Shown in pieces: positions 12,629-21,408 of a stretch of DNA of 57,771 nucleotides. Both the position numbers and the translations under genes were made by a program. Numbering within the stretch: the first letter of the stretch is position 1; each line of letters begins with the position of its first letter. The notes below the pieces were generated by a model. The model had not been told where the DNA came from. It saw only the letters and a list, made by a program, of their open reading frames with translations, and ran no database searches. The stretch comes from Micrococcales bacterium. Its GTDB lineage: Bacteria; Actinomycetota; Actinomycetes; Actinomycetales; Microbacteriaceae. The stretch covers positions 1-57,771 of the forward strand of contig JBJTOA010000101.1 of assembly GCA_046074285.1 (NCBI GenBank), in the 5' to 3' direction.

Positions 12629-13330
12629 GTGGCTCGCATCCGTATCGGCCTGATGTACTCGAACCAGGTGATGGTCGAGGCTAGAAGATTACTTTTTTCA
12701 ACCGATGCAGACTTCGACGTCGTGTTCGATGAGGGTAATGCTAACGCGGGCTTAGAACTTGTGCCTGAGTCAACCGTAGATGTGCTCGTGGTCGACACCC
12801 GTCTGCGCGGGATGTCAGGTGTTGAATTTGTGGCACGAATGCACCGCCGCTACCTGAACCCTGAAGCCAAACTGCCCAAGGTTATTCTCACGGCACCATT
12901 TTTCAGTGAAGAACTTTTGCTCGCTGCAATCAGGGCTGGCGCGACTGACCTGGTTCCTGAGAGCGATGGCGCCGCCGGACTCATGGCAGCCATAAAGTCG
13001 GCAATGGTTCAGAGCCAAGACATCAACTACCGCGAACTGAAGCGCTTTTTCGAGCAGGGCAAAGTTGAAGCTGGTTCAAATCCAAGGTGGTTGCTAAAAC
13101 TTACTGACCTCGAAGAACGTGAAGTCAGCGCTCTCGCTCTTGTTGAACACGGTTTCAATGATTCGAAAGCTGCCGAAATCTTGGGCATTCCCGAAACCAG
13201 CGTGCGCTGGGCGGTAGAAAACCTCATGAAACGAATGGGTGTTGCAACCAGAGCCCAGATGGCACTTGCGCTTTTCGAGGCTGGCAGACTGCAAGCTGAC
13301 AGCCGAGTGCCTAAAGAGCTGAAGAACTAG
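12629..13330 (+). CDS. NarL/LuxR-family response regulator, atypical receiver
   Basis: Receiver fold (DVLVVDTRLRGMSGVE, VILT, AIRAGA) plus a LuxR-type HTH (L.ERE..AL.LV..G.....A..LGI.E.SV). Confidence 0.85.
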   Translation: MARIRIGLMYSNQVMVEARRLLFSTDADFDVVFDEGNANAGLELVPESTVDVLVVDTRLRGMSGVEFVARMHRRYLNPEAKLPKVILTAPFFSEELLLAAIRAGATDLVPESDGAAGLMAAIKSAMVQSQDINYRELKRFFEQGKVEAGSNPRWLLKLTDLEEREVSALALVEHGFNDSKAAEILGIPETSVRWAVENLMKRMGVATRAQMALALFEAGRLQADSRVPKELKN

Positions 13331-13893
13331 CCTTCAAGTTTGTCTTTACCTGGCAGCCACGATAGCCCAGGTTTGCCCCAGCCGTTCTTCATGATGATTT
13401 TCTTGGCATCTGACTTATGTGGCTCAGCTAGGCGATCGACATAGAGCAAACCATCCAGGTGATCAAACTCGTGTTGGAAGATTCTCGCGAACCATCCGTC
13501 TGCATCAAATCTGACTGGTTGCTGCTCGAGATCGACTCCTGTCAAGACCACCCGATCAGCTCGCTTCAGCGGGAATCTTTCGCCGGGTACCGATAGGCAG
13601 CCTTCTTGCTCGGTGTCCCAATCTGCTGGCTCATCAATTACCTCGCCCATTTCTAGAATCGGATTGATGACGACCCCACGGCGTTCGTTACCCTCATCAT
13701 CTGCATAGTCATAGACAAATAGGCGAAGTGCGACGCCGACCTGCGGAGCCGCTAGACCTACTCCAGGGGCCTTATCCATCGTCTCGAACATGTCAGCCAC
13801 CAGATCGCGAAGTTCCTGGTCAAAGACCGTTACCTCCTTCGCTCGAGTGTGCAAAACGGGTTCTCCGGTGATCACGATTCTTCTGATAGCCAT
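13327..13893 (-). CDS. def: Peptide deformylase
   Basis: GVGLAAPQ, EGCLS and QHEFDHL. ATG 13893 follows the -10 TGgGATAAT. Confidence 0.96.
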   Translation of the reverse strand: MAIRRIVITGEPVLHTRAKEVTVFDQELRDLVADMFETMDKAPGVGLAAPQVGVALRLFVYDYADDEGNERRGVVINPILEMGEVIDEPADWDTEQEGCLSVPGERFPLKRADRVVLTGVDLEQQPVRFDADGWFARIFQHEFDHLDGLLYVDRLAEPHKSDAKKIIMKNGWGKPGLSWLPGKDKLEG

Positions 13894-13976
13894 GTTGAAA
13901 TTATCCCAGCCAACAGGCGCCAAAGTTGCCCTTTTGGTAGGCTAACCACATCGATACTTCAACCGCCAGCACAATC

Positions 13977-14906
13977 ATGAGCGCCGTCTTTGACGCGCGC
14001 TATTTGGCAATTGCTCTAGCTATTGTCGGCGCCGGATTCTTAGCTTTCGGAACTCAGTTTCAAAACGACGCGGTTGGCGAGACCTCAGGTAATAAGAAGG
14101 CTCAGCTTCACGGCAGTGTGAATATCAAGCAAATGCTCAAGTTAGCCAGAAACAAACGCTGGCTCTTGGGCATGACTCTCATCGGAGGTGCGCTCGTGCT
14201 GCAGATTGCCGCACTTTCGATGGCACCGCTCATAGTGGTTCAGCCGCTCGGAGCTATCGCACTGGTAATTACCTCACTGTTGAACGCCAGAATCTCTAGA
14301 ACCAAGTTGAACAAAGTTACGGTACTTGCCATTTCGCTTTGCATGCTCGGAGTCGGCCTATTCGTGGTGCGAGCCTCGGCAATTGCGCATGGCGTGCCAA
14401 TCACTGACGATCTTTTACTGCAGGTCATGTTCACGCTCTCCGCCATTATCCTGATTTTCGCTTTCTTCCTTTGGCGTAGCAAAGGTAAGGCTAAGGCAAT
14501 CACTTACATCATGGGTGCCGGCATCCTTTACGGCTTTGTTGCCACCCTGACCAAAGTTGTAATCGTTCGCATTGAGCAGGGCCAATTCGAGTGGCTCACT
14601 GTGGCTTGTGCTCTGGTGCTCGGGGTCGCAGTGGTGATGGGCGGCTGGTTTGTTCAGAACGCCTACGCTTCAGGCCCGCCTGATTTGGTGATTGCCGGGC
14701 TAACCGTGGTTGACCCTCTGGTCGCAGTATTGATCGCCATTACGATTCTGCAAGAAGCAAAAGAAGCTAGCCTGCTCGAAATATTCGGATTCCTAATCAG
14801 TGGTGCCATTGCGGTCACCGGCGTGCTGCTGCTATCGCAGTTTCACCCGCAGATCTTGCTCGCCAAACGTCGTGCCAAGCTTTTCAAGCGTCGCAGCAAG
14901 AAATAG
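13977..14906 (+). CDS. DMT-superfamily (NIPA-like) membrane transporter
   Basis: About 9 TM segments, ALSMAPLIVVQPLGA motif and QNAYASGP. Confidence 0.8.
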   Translation: MSAVFDARYLAIALAIVGAGFLAFGTQFQNDAVGETSGNKKAQLHGSVNIKQMLKLARNKRWLLGMTLIGGALVLQIAALSMAPLIVVQPLGAIALVITSLLNARISRTKLNKVTVLAISLCMLGVGLFVVRASAIAHGVPITDDLLLQVMFTLSAIILIFAFFLWRSKGKAKAITYIMGAGILYGFVATLTKVVIVRIEQGQFEWLTVACALVLGVAVVMGGWFVQNAYASGPPDLVIAGLTVVDPLVAVLIAITILQEAKEASLLEIFGFLISGAIAVTGVLLLSQFHPQILLAKRRAKLFKRRSKK

Positions 14907-14955
14907 CGTTAACCCGATTCGGTAAAATAAAGCATTACCAAACCTAAGGAATCAA

Positions 14956-16410
14956 ATGTCAGATGGTAAACGCCCGCTGCGGGTGCTTGTCAGCGCTGAC
15001 ACTTTTCCGCCTGATATCAATGGCGCATCGCGCTTTGCCGAACGCCTAGTCGGGGGACTTGCTCGTCGCGGGAATGATGTTCACGTTATAGCTCCGGGCT
15101 ACAACAAAAAGTGGGGTAGCAGCTTCGAAACCATCGATGGTTCGAGAGTTATGGTTCACCGCCTCAAGTCTTATAAGCTTCCCCAGCACGAAACTCTTCG
15201 TTGGGTGTGGCCATTCACACTGAGGGGTCGCATTTCGAAGCTTCTCGATCGAATTCAACCCGATGTCATCCATATCAACTCACACCTGATCACTGGCCGA
15301 TTTCTAATCAGCGCTGCCAAGCGCAGGGGAGTCCGCACAGTTTCAACGAACCACATCATGCCAGAGAATCTGGTCAAGTATTCGGTAATCATTCCACCGT
15401 TTTTAGAGCAGTGGGCGATGAACCTAGCCTGGAAAGACGCCGGTCGAATCCTTCGAAAAGTGGACCAGCTCACCACTCCGACCAGACGCGCGGCTGAACT
15501 TCTCGAAGCGGCAGCCGGTGTAAATAACGTTTTGGCAATTTCATGCGGCATTGATGCTTCGAAGTTTGCCAATGACGCACCAACTACCAACGAACACCCG
15601 AGAATTCTTTATCTGGGACGACTCGATTATGAAAAGCACATTCACAATCTTTTGAAAGCAGTTGCCCTGCTTCCTAAAGAACTAGGCACAGTAGTTGAAC
15701 TTGTTGGTGACGGCGGAGAGCGCGAGAATCTAAAGCAACTCGCTAGAGACTTGAGGATTTACGAACAGGTAATTTTTGCGGGTCACATTTCGGAGGCTGA
15801 CCTGCCTAAGGCATACGAGCGTTGCACGGTCTTCGCTATGCCTTCGATTGCTGAACTTCAGAGCATTGCGACTATGGAGGCCATGGCATCAGGTAGACCA
15901 GTAGTTGCCGCCGATGCCATGGCGCTACCTCACCTGGTTCACGATGGTGACAACGGCTACCTTTTTGCACCTGATGACGTCGAAGACTTCGCTAAAAAAT
16001 TGCAGATAGTGCTAACCGCAAATCAGAAAGAACTAGATCGCCTGAGCGAGAATTCACTACACCTGATTCAGGCACATGACATTCAGCGCACCCTGGGAAT
16101 TTTTGAACAGATCTACCGTGGTGAATACAACTTCGGCGACCCAACTTCAGACGACAACGCTCCGGAATACTCGCAGCCGATTGGGTCACTCTCAAGGGGC
16201 TACCATAATCAGGTTGAAGCACTAAGAAAGCGCGCCAAAGCCCTGCGTGAGCTCGCGGATGACTTGCGTGATAACGTGCGAGAGCAACTCGATGAAGCTC
16301 GAGAAGAAGTGCTAGAAACCGTCGATGAAATTCGAGCTGGCGCAAAGAAGCTCGATAAGAAAGTGAGAAAGACGGTTAAGAAAGCCACCGATAAACTCAA
16401 ACGAGATTAA
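14956..16410 (+). CDS. Glycosyltransferase family 4 (GT-B) with C-terminal helical extension
   Basis: DTFPPDING, GRLDYEK and ELQSIATMEAMASGRPVV. Confidence 0.9.
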   Translation: MSDGKRPLRVLVSADTFPPDINGASRFAERLVGGLARRGNDVHVIAPGYNKKWGSSFETIDGSRVMVHRLKSYKLPQHETLRWVWPFTLRGRISKLLDRIQPDVIHINSHLITGRFLISAAKRRGVRTVSTNHIMPENLVKYSVIIPPFLEQWAMNLAWKDAGRILRKVDQLTTPTRRAAELLEAAAGVNNVLAISCGIDASKFANDAPTTNEHPRILYLGRLDYEKHIHNLLKAVALLPKELGTVVELVGDGGERENLKQLARDLRIYEQVIFAGHISEADLPKAYERCTVFAMPSIAELQSIATMEAMASGRPVVAADAMALPHLVHDGDNGYLFAPDDVEDFAKKLQIVLTANQKELDRLSENSLHLIQAHDIQRTLGIFEQIYRGEYNFGDPTSDDNAPEYSQPIGSLSRGYHNQVEALRKRAKALRELADDLRDNVREQLDEAREEVLETVDEIRAGAKKLDKKVRKTVKKATDKLKRD

Positions 16411-16419
16411 ATCGGATCG

Positions 16420-16496
16420 GGGGAGTTAGCTCAGCCGGTTAGAGCAGCGGACTCATAATCCGTCGGTCACGGGTTCAAGTCCCGTACTCCCCACCA
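16420..16496 (+). tRNA. tRNA with CAT anticodon, most likely tRNA-Ile2 (lysidine)
   Basis: Acceptor stem GGGGAGT/ACTCCCC, anticodon arm GCGGA-CT-CAT-AA-TCCGT and an encoded CCA. It lacks the initiator C1:A72 mismatch, and GGACTCATAATCC is typical of actinobacterial Ile2. Confidence 0.9.
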
Positions 16497-16497
16497 A

Positions 16498-17106
16498 CTA
16501 TGAAAAGGACTCGGTTTGTTTTTGCTTCAGAAAGCAACTCGGACAAAGCGATTCGTAGGTTACTTCGATGCCATCGATTGCAACTTGGTCGCCCTCAAAA
16601 ATAAACTTGCCATTCAGTTTGCGCCCATTGAAAAGCGCTTTTTTGCCACAGCGACAAATGGTCTTGAGCTCTTCGAGAGTGTGAGCAATTTCGAGCAGTC
16701 TGATGCTGCCGGGAAAACCAGCTGTGACAAAGTCAGTTCGGATACCGTATGCCAGCACCGGAATGTTGTCTAAAGTTGCGATCTCTAGGGCCTGATTAAT
16801 CTGCTTAGTGGTGAAGAACTGAGCCTCGTCGAGCAAAAGACAAGCGATTTTGTCTGCTCCAGCTTTTTCAACTCTCAGGCGCTCGGCGTTGAACTCGGTT
16901 CGTAGATTTTGATCTGGAGTAACCATGAGATCTACATCTCTGGTGACACCCAACCGAGACTCAATCTTTCGACCGGCTTTCAGATCTGTCGCTGGCTTCG
17001 CTAGCAAAACTCCCTGGCCACGTTCTTCATAGTTATATGCCACCTGAAGTAGCGCGGTAGATTTGCCGCTGTTCATCGCTCCGTAGCGAAAATATAGTTT
17101 GCTCAT
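16498..17106 (-). CDS. tdk: Thymidine kinase
   Basis: GAMNSGKST, DEAQF, YGIRTDF and the zinc-site C.CG...C..C. Confidence 0.95.
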   Translation of the reverse strand: MSKLYFRYGAMNSGKSTALLQVAYNYEERGQGVLLAKPATDLKAGRKIESRLGVTRDVDLMVTPDQNLRTEFNAERLRVEKAGADKIACLLLDEAQFFTTKQINQALEIATLDNIPVLAYGIRTDFVTAGFPGSIRLLEIAHTLEELKTICRCGKKALFNGRKLNGKFIFEGDQVAIDGIEVTYESLCPSCFLKQKQTESFS

Positions 17107-17109
17107 TTG

Positions 17110-18252
17110 CTAGAAGTCTAACTTTGCTGCGGCACGCGCTTCTTCAAATGTGAGGTTGCGATAGTTCACGGCTGCTTCAATCTGGGATTGCATGTTTGGT
17201 TGAGACACTGGCCAGTCTGAACCGAAACAAAGCCTGATACCAGCATCGAGGATTCCTCGGTAGTTAAAGTGCTCGGCGGGAGCCTTTTCGGCCCAGACTG
17301 GAGTCGAATTGATGATGATTGCGGCGGCCGCAAGTTCTGGTAAATCGGCTGGGTCAATGAGATCAGCGTGGGCTATGACAGCGAGGTTGGGTCTAACTTG
17401 CTGAACGACGTCGAGAGCCTGTCGAACGGCTGCATCACCACAGGCATGAAAATGCAAGTTGAATCCCTTAGCAACCGCCTCAGAGGCTGTTTTGAGTAGC
17501 CTTTCGGGTTGCCAGATGCCTTTGGTTGAAGAATCTGACTTCAACCACGCGGTATTTGACGAGTGAACCCCATCTAGAAAAAGTTTTACCGAATTCGCGG
17601 TGAGCAATTCACTCGAAAGCTGGCTAATGAGACTTCTGGTTTCAACAGCGAATAGCATCTCTTGCTGGGTGTTCTCAGGAGTAACTCGGATTGCCAGTTC
17701 AGTTTTGATTTTCAACTTTTCCTGGCGCAAAGCTTCGATATAAACTTGCGGCATTCCCGGGTCGATCCAAGCTTCGGTTTGCCTCGAGATGGAATGCTCA
17801 AGCAGGATGTTTTGAGCTAGTTCAAGAGCTGCTAGATCTTGCTGGACAGTCGGCTTAGGTTGGTGCTGATAAATCAACTGCATTGCAACGTATTCGTGGA
17901 TCCAGCCATTTGGTAAACCCTCAGTCACTTCAAAACGCCCACCTTCAACTTCGGGGGCAGCTAGGTCGAAGCTTGCGATTTCTAAAGCCCTACTGTTGAC
18001 GCAAATTGAATGGTGATCAGCGGTGTGCACCACGATTGCAAACTCGGTTGAGGCTTCATCCAGAATCCATCTGTCAATTTCAAAGTCTCGCGCTACAGCG
18101 CTTAGGTCAAACCAAAATAGCTGAGGGTGCAGCGAGATGAACTTCTTGATTTCTAAAATCAGTTCCGCGGGGGACTGGCACTTGTGAAGCACAGCACCTT
18201 GAAGCTCTCGACCCGCGAAAAGCGTGTGGCAGTGAGCGTCAAAGTAGGTCAT
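17110..18252 (-). CDS. Amidohydrolase family 3 (YtcJ-like), shortened
   Basis: DAHCH, KLFLDG, HACGDAAV, IAHA and GSDWPV motifs. Confidence 0.8.
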   Translation of the reverse strand: MTYFDAHCHTLFAGRELQGAVLHKCQSPAELILEIKKFISLHPQLFWFDLSAVARDFEIDRWILDEASTEFAIVVHTADHHSICVNSRALEIASFDLAAPEVEGGRFEVTEGLPNGWIHEYVAMQLIYQHQPKPTVQQDLAALELAQNILLEHSISRQTEAWIDPGMPQVYIEALRQEKLKIKTELAIRVTPENTQQEMLFAVETRSLISQLSSELLTANSVKLFLDGVHSSNTAWLKSDSSTKGIWQPERLLKTASEAVAKGFNLHFHACGDAAVRQALDVVQQVRPNLAVIAHADLIDPADLPELAAAAIIINSTPVWAEKAPAEHFNYRGILDAGIRLCFGSDWPVSQPNMQSQIEAAVNYRNLTFEEARAAAKLDF

Positions 18253-18265
18253 GGGGTAATCGTAG

Positions 18266-18295
18266 TTGACAGGTTGATTCGAAACTGCTTACTCT
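18266..18295 (+). promoter_or_regulatory. SigA-type promoter for the DUF3145 gene
   Basis: TTGACA-18 nt-TACTCT. Confidence 0.65.
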
Positions 18296-18349
18296 ATTAG
18301 GGCTCTAGAAGGTCGTAGGGGAAGACGTACCTTCAAACGAGGAGCAACA

Positions 18350-18847
18350 TTGGAATACCCATTTTCTGGGGAAGTCTTCATTCACGCCGTCGCAAAGTCT
18401 CAAGCGCGCCAGGTGGAATGGATGCTAGCCGAAATAATGGACTACCAGATTCCACTTACCTGGTCGCCACAACCGGTGATGCCTGATCACGTGAAATCCG
18501 GTTTTGCCTGGCAAGGTGCAGAATCTAGCGGTGCCGAAATTTCAAGTGCGCTAGCTGGATGGCAGAAAATCTACTTTGAAGTAACTCAAGATGCTAATGG
18601 ATCGGTCGGCTCTTCACGCTGGCTTTACGTGCCAGAGTTCGGAATCAAGCACCGTGCCACAGATGAATTCGGTAATTACAGCATCGGCGAAGATGAACTT
18701 CGTGCGGCCCTAGCAAGAGGTTCGAACTCGATGACTTTAGCTTGGGAAGTGCAAAACCTGCTAGCTCAGCAGTGGGAACAAATTCTTGAACCACTACGCT
18801 CCCAGCTTTTCTCGAAACCTTCGGTTTCAATCCAGCAGGTTGGCTAG
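18350..18847 (+). CDS. DUF3145 family protein (divergent)
   Basis: G.VFIH...VEW, W..QP, LAGW..I.FEVT, W..IL.PLR; conserved position convergent on fabF; RBS GAGGAG with a TTG start. Confidence 0.75.
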   Translation: MEYPFSGEVFIHAVAKSQARQVEWMLAEIMDYQIPLTWSPQPVMPDHVKSGFAWQGAESSGAEISSALAGWQKIYFEVTQDANGSVGSSRWLYVPEFGIKHRATDEFGNYSIGEDELRAALARGSNSMTLAWEVQNLLAQQWEQILEPLRSQLFSKPSVSIQQVG

Positions 18848-18858
18848 CAGGTTTCGGG

Positions 18859-20100
18859 TTACTTCTCGTAGCGCTTGAACGCGATTACCGCGTTGTGCCC
18901 ACCAAAGCCAAACGAAGTGCTGATTCCCAGAATTGGACCTGCTGGCAATTCGCGAGGTGAGGTTGCAACATCCAAAGGAATTTCTGGATCTTGGTTTTCA
19001 AGGTTGATGGTAGGCGGAGCAACATTCTCAGCAAGTGCAAGGATAGTGAAAATCGCCTCGACACCGCCGGCGCCACCGAGAAGGTGGCCGGTGGCTGACT
19101 TGGTAGCCGACACCACGATGTTTGGCAGGTGTTCACCAAAAACTCGCTTTAGCGCGGTGTACTCAGCGATGTCTCCAACTGGAGTTGAAGTGGCGTGAGC
19201 ATTGATATGTGCAACGTCTTCTGGTTTGGCATTGGCTTGCTTTAGAGCGTTTACCACTGCTCTGGCTGCGCCCGAACCTTCAGGGTCTGGTGCAGTGATG
19301 TGGTACGAGTCTGAAGTAACAGCAGCCCCGACAAGTTCGGCGTAAATCTTTGCACCGCGAGCCAGAGCGTGTTCTTCGGTTTCAAGAACAATCGCACCAG
19401 CACCCTCACCCATCACAAAGCCATCGCGGCTGGTGTCGTATGGGCGAGAAGCGGTGGTTGGTGAATCGTTGCGACGGCTTAGTGCGTGCATTGAAGCGAA
19501 GGCAGCAATCGGAAGCGGGTGAATTGCTGCTTCAGCACCACCTGCTACGACAATGTCAATCTCGCCACTGAGCAGTCGCTGAAGACCGTTTGCGATTGCC
19601 TCAGTACCAGATGCACAAGCAGATACCGCGGTACGTACGCCACCGCGAGCGGCTAAGTCCATACCGATTGCGGCCGCCGGGCCATTTGGCATGAGCATTG
19701 GCACAGTCATCGGCAGAACTCGACGTGCACCCTTTTCTTTGAGGGTGTCAAAGGCGTCGAGCAGAGTCCAGACGCCACCGATGCCAGTAGCGTATTCGAC
19801 CGAAAAGCGCTCAGGCACAACTTCTGGCGAACCTGCATCTGCCCAAGCCTCACGAGCTGCAATCAGCGCGAACTGGCTTGATGGGTCAAGTCTCTTGCAC
19901 TCCTGCGGAGTTAGGACATCAGCAGCTTTGACCTTTGCTTGGCCGGCGAAGGTTACCGGGATCTCGTATCGAGCAACCCATTCCTGTTCGAGGGTAGAGA
20001 TGCCTGATTCTCCCGCGAGTAGCGCACGCCAAGTTGATTTGACGTCGCCACCTAGGGGCGTGGTAGCCCCTAATCCGGTGACAACAATCTTTTTAGACAA
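18859..20100 (-). CDS. fabF: 3-oxoacyl-ACP synthase II
   Basis: SACASG, NAHATST, KSATGHLLG and SFGFGGHN. Confidence 0.95.
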   Translation of the reverse strand: MSKKIVVTGLGATTPLGGDVKSTWRALLAGESGISTLEQEWVARYEIPVTFAGQAKVKAADVLTPQECKRLDPSSQFALIAAREAWADAGSPEVVPERFSVEYATGIGGVWTLLDAFDTLKEKGARRVLPMTVPMLMPNGPAAAIGMDLAARGGVRTAVSACASGTEAIANGLQRLLSGEIDIVVAGGAEAAIHPLPIAAFASMHALSRRNDSPTTASRPYDTSRDGFVMGEGAGAIVLETEEHALARGAKIYAELVGAAVTSDSYHITAPDPEGSGAARAVVNALKQANAKPEDVAHINAHATSTPVGDIAEYTALKRVFGEHLPNIVVSATKSATGHLLGGAGGVEAIFTILALAENVAPPTINLENQDPEIPLDVATSPRELPAGPILGISTSFGFGGHNAVIAFKRYEK

Positions 20101-20105
20101 GTTAT

Positions 20106-20348
20106 TTAGCCCTGTGCAGCAACTATGAAGTCAACTGCTTCACCTACGGTTACAAAGCTTGAATCCTGAGGGATGGTAACGCCAAACTTCTCTTCTGCGT
20201 TCATCACGATGGTGATCATCGAGATTGAGTCGATGTCTAGGTCATCAGAGAAAGACTTGTCTAGCTGAACGCTGTCAGTCGCGATACCGGTTTCGTCGTT
20301 TACTAGCTCTGCAAGACCTGCAAGAACTTCAGCCTTTGAAAGTGCCAT
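20106..20348 (-). CDS. acpP: Acyl carrier protein
   Basis: DLDIDSISM phosphopantetheine site, located between fabH and fabF. Confidence 0.95.
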   Translation of the reverse strand: MALSKAEVLAGLAELVNDETGIATDSVQLDKSFSDDLDIDSISMITIVMNAEEKFGVTIPQDSSFVTVGEAVDFIVAAQG

Positions 20349-20389
20349 TGGGGGGTTCTCCTTTTAGGGTTGTGGGACCGAGGTTAAGT

Positions 20390-21394
20390 TTAGGGCAAGA
20401 CCACTACTTGAGCAGCGAATGCAAGACCTGCGCCAAAACCAATTTCTAGCGCGAGACCACCAGATTTCACCTCGCCAGACTCTAGCAACTGGTGCATAGC
20501 CAGTGGCACAGAGGCAGCTGAAGTGTTGCCGGTGGTAACAATATCGCGAGCGATCGCTACCGACTCTGGCAGCTTGAGTTGCTTCGCTAATTCATCAATG
20601 ATTCGGATGTTGGCCTGGTGAGTGACCATGGCTGACAAATCTTCAGGTTTGATACCCGCCACTTCGATTGCCTTGGCAGCGGTTTTGGCCATTTCCCATA
20701 CTGCCCAACGAAAGACGGTCGCGCCTTCTTGCTGCAGGGTTGGCCAAGAGGTTTTGCCATCGCGGAACTCAAGCAGCGAACCCGACATGCTGACGGCGTC
20801 CCAGTGTGATCCATCTGAACCCCAGACGGTTGGTGAGATTCCCGGGGTATCGCTCGGACCAACAATCGCAGCGCCAGCTCCGTCAGCGAGCAAGAACGAA
20901 ATGGTGCGATCGGTCGGGTTGATAAAGTCTGAAAGCTTTTCGCCACCGACCACCAAAACGTATTTAGCTACACCTGAACGAACCAGCGCATCTGCTTGGG
21001 CGATGCCATAGCAGTAACCAGCGCAGGCAGCCGAAACATCGTAAGCAGGGGCGGGGTTTGCGCCAATCTTGTCAGCCAGCAAGGTAGCCGCTGATGGGGT
21101 CTGGAAAGGGTGCGAAATCGTAGAGAAGATAACCGCTTCGATTTCTTGGGGCGAGATTCCGGCCTTTCTGATGGCCTCGTTCGATGCCTCTACCGCCATG
21201 TCCATCAGGCTTAGGTTCTCACTCGCACGACGGCGAGTGATGATTCCGGTGCGTTGGCGAATCCATTCATCCGAGCTGTCAATCGGGCCGGCGATGTCAT
21301 CATTGGTTACCACTAGGTCGCCACGCGCTGCACCTAGCGAATAGATGCGCGAGAACTTATTGGTTTCGTACTGAGCCAGTTTCGGTTGAGTCAT
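20390..21394 (-). CDS. fabH: 3-oxoacyl-ACP synthase III
   Basis: AACAGY, HQANIRI and GNTSAAS catalytic motifs. Confidence 0.95.
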   Translation of the reverse strand: MTQPKLAQYETNKFSRIYSLGAARGDLVVTNDDIAGPIDSSDEWIRQRTGIITRRRASENLSLMDMAVEASNEAIRKAGISPQEIEAVIFSTISHPFQTPSAATLLADKIGANPAPAYDVSAACAGYCYGIAQADALVRSGVAKYVLVVGGEKLSDFINPTDRTISFLLADGAGAAIVGPSDTPGISPTVWGSDGSHWDAVSMSGSLLEFRDGKTSWPTLQQEGATVFRWAVWEMAKTAAKAIEVAGIKPEDLSAMVTHQANIRIIDELAKQLKLPESVAIARDIVTTGNTSAASVPLAMHQLLESGEVKSGGLALEIGFGAGLAFAAQVVVLP

Positions 21395-21408
21395 CAATTC
21401 GCTATCTA

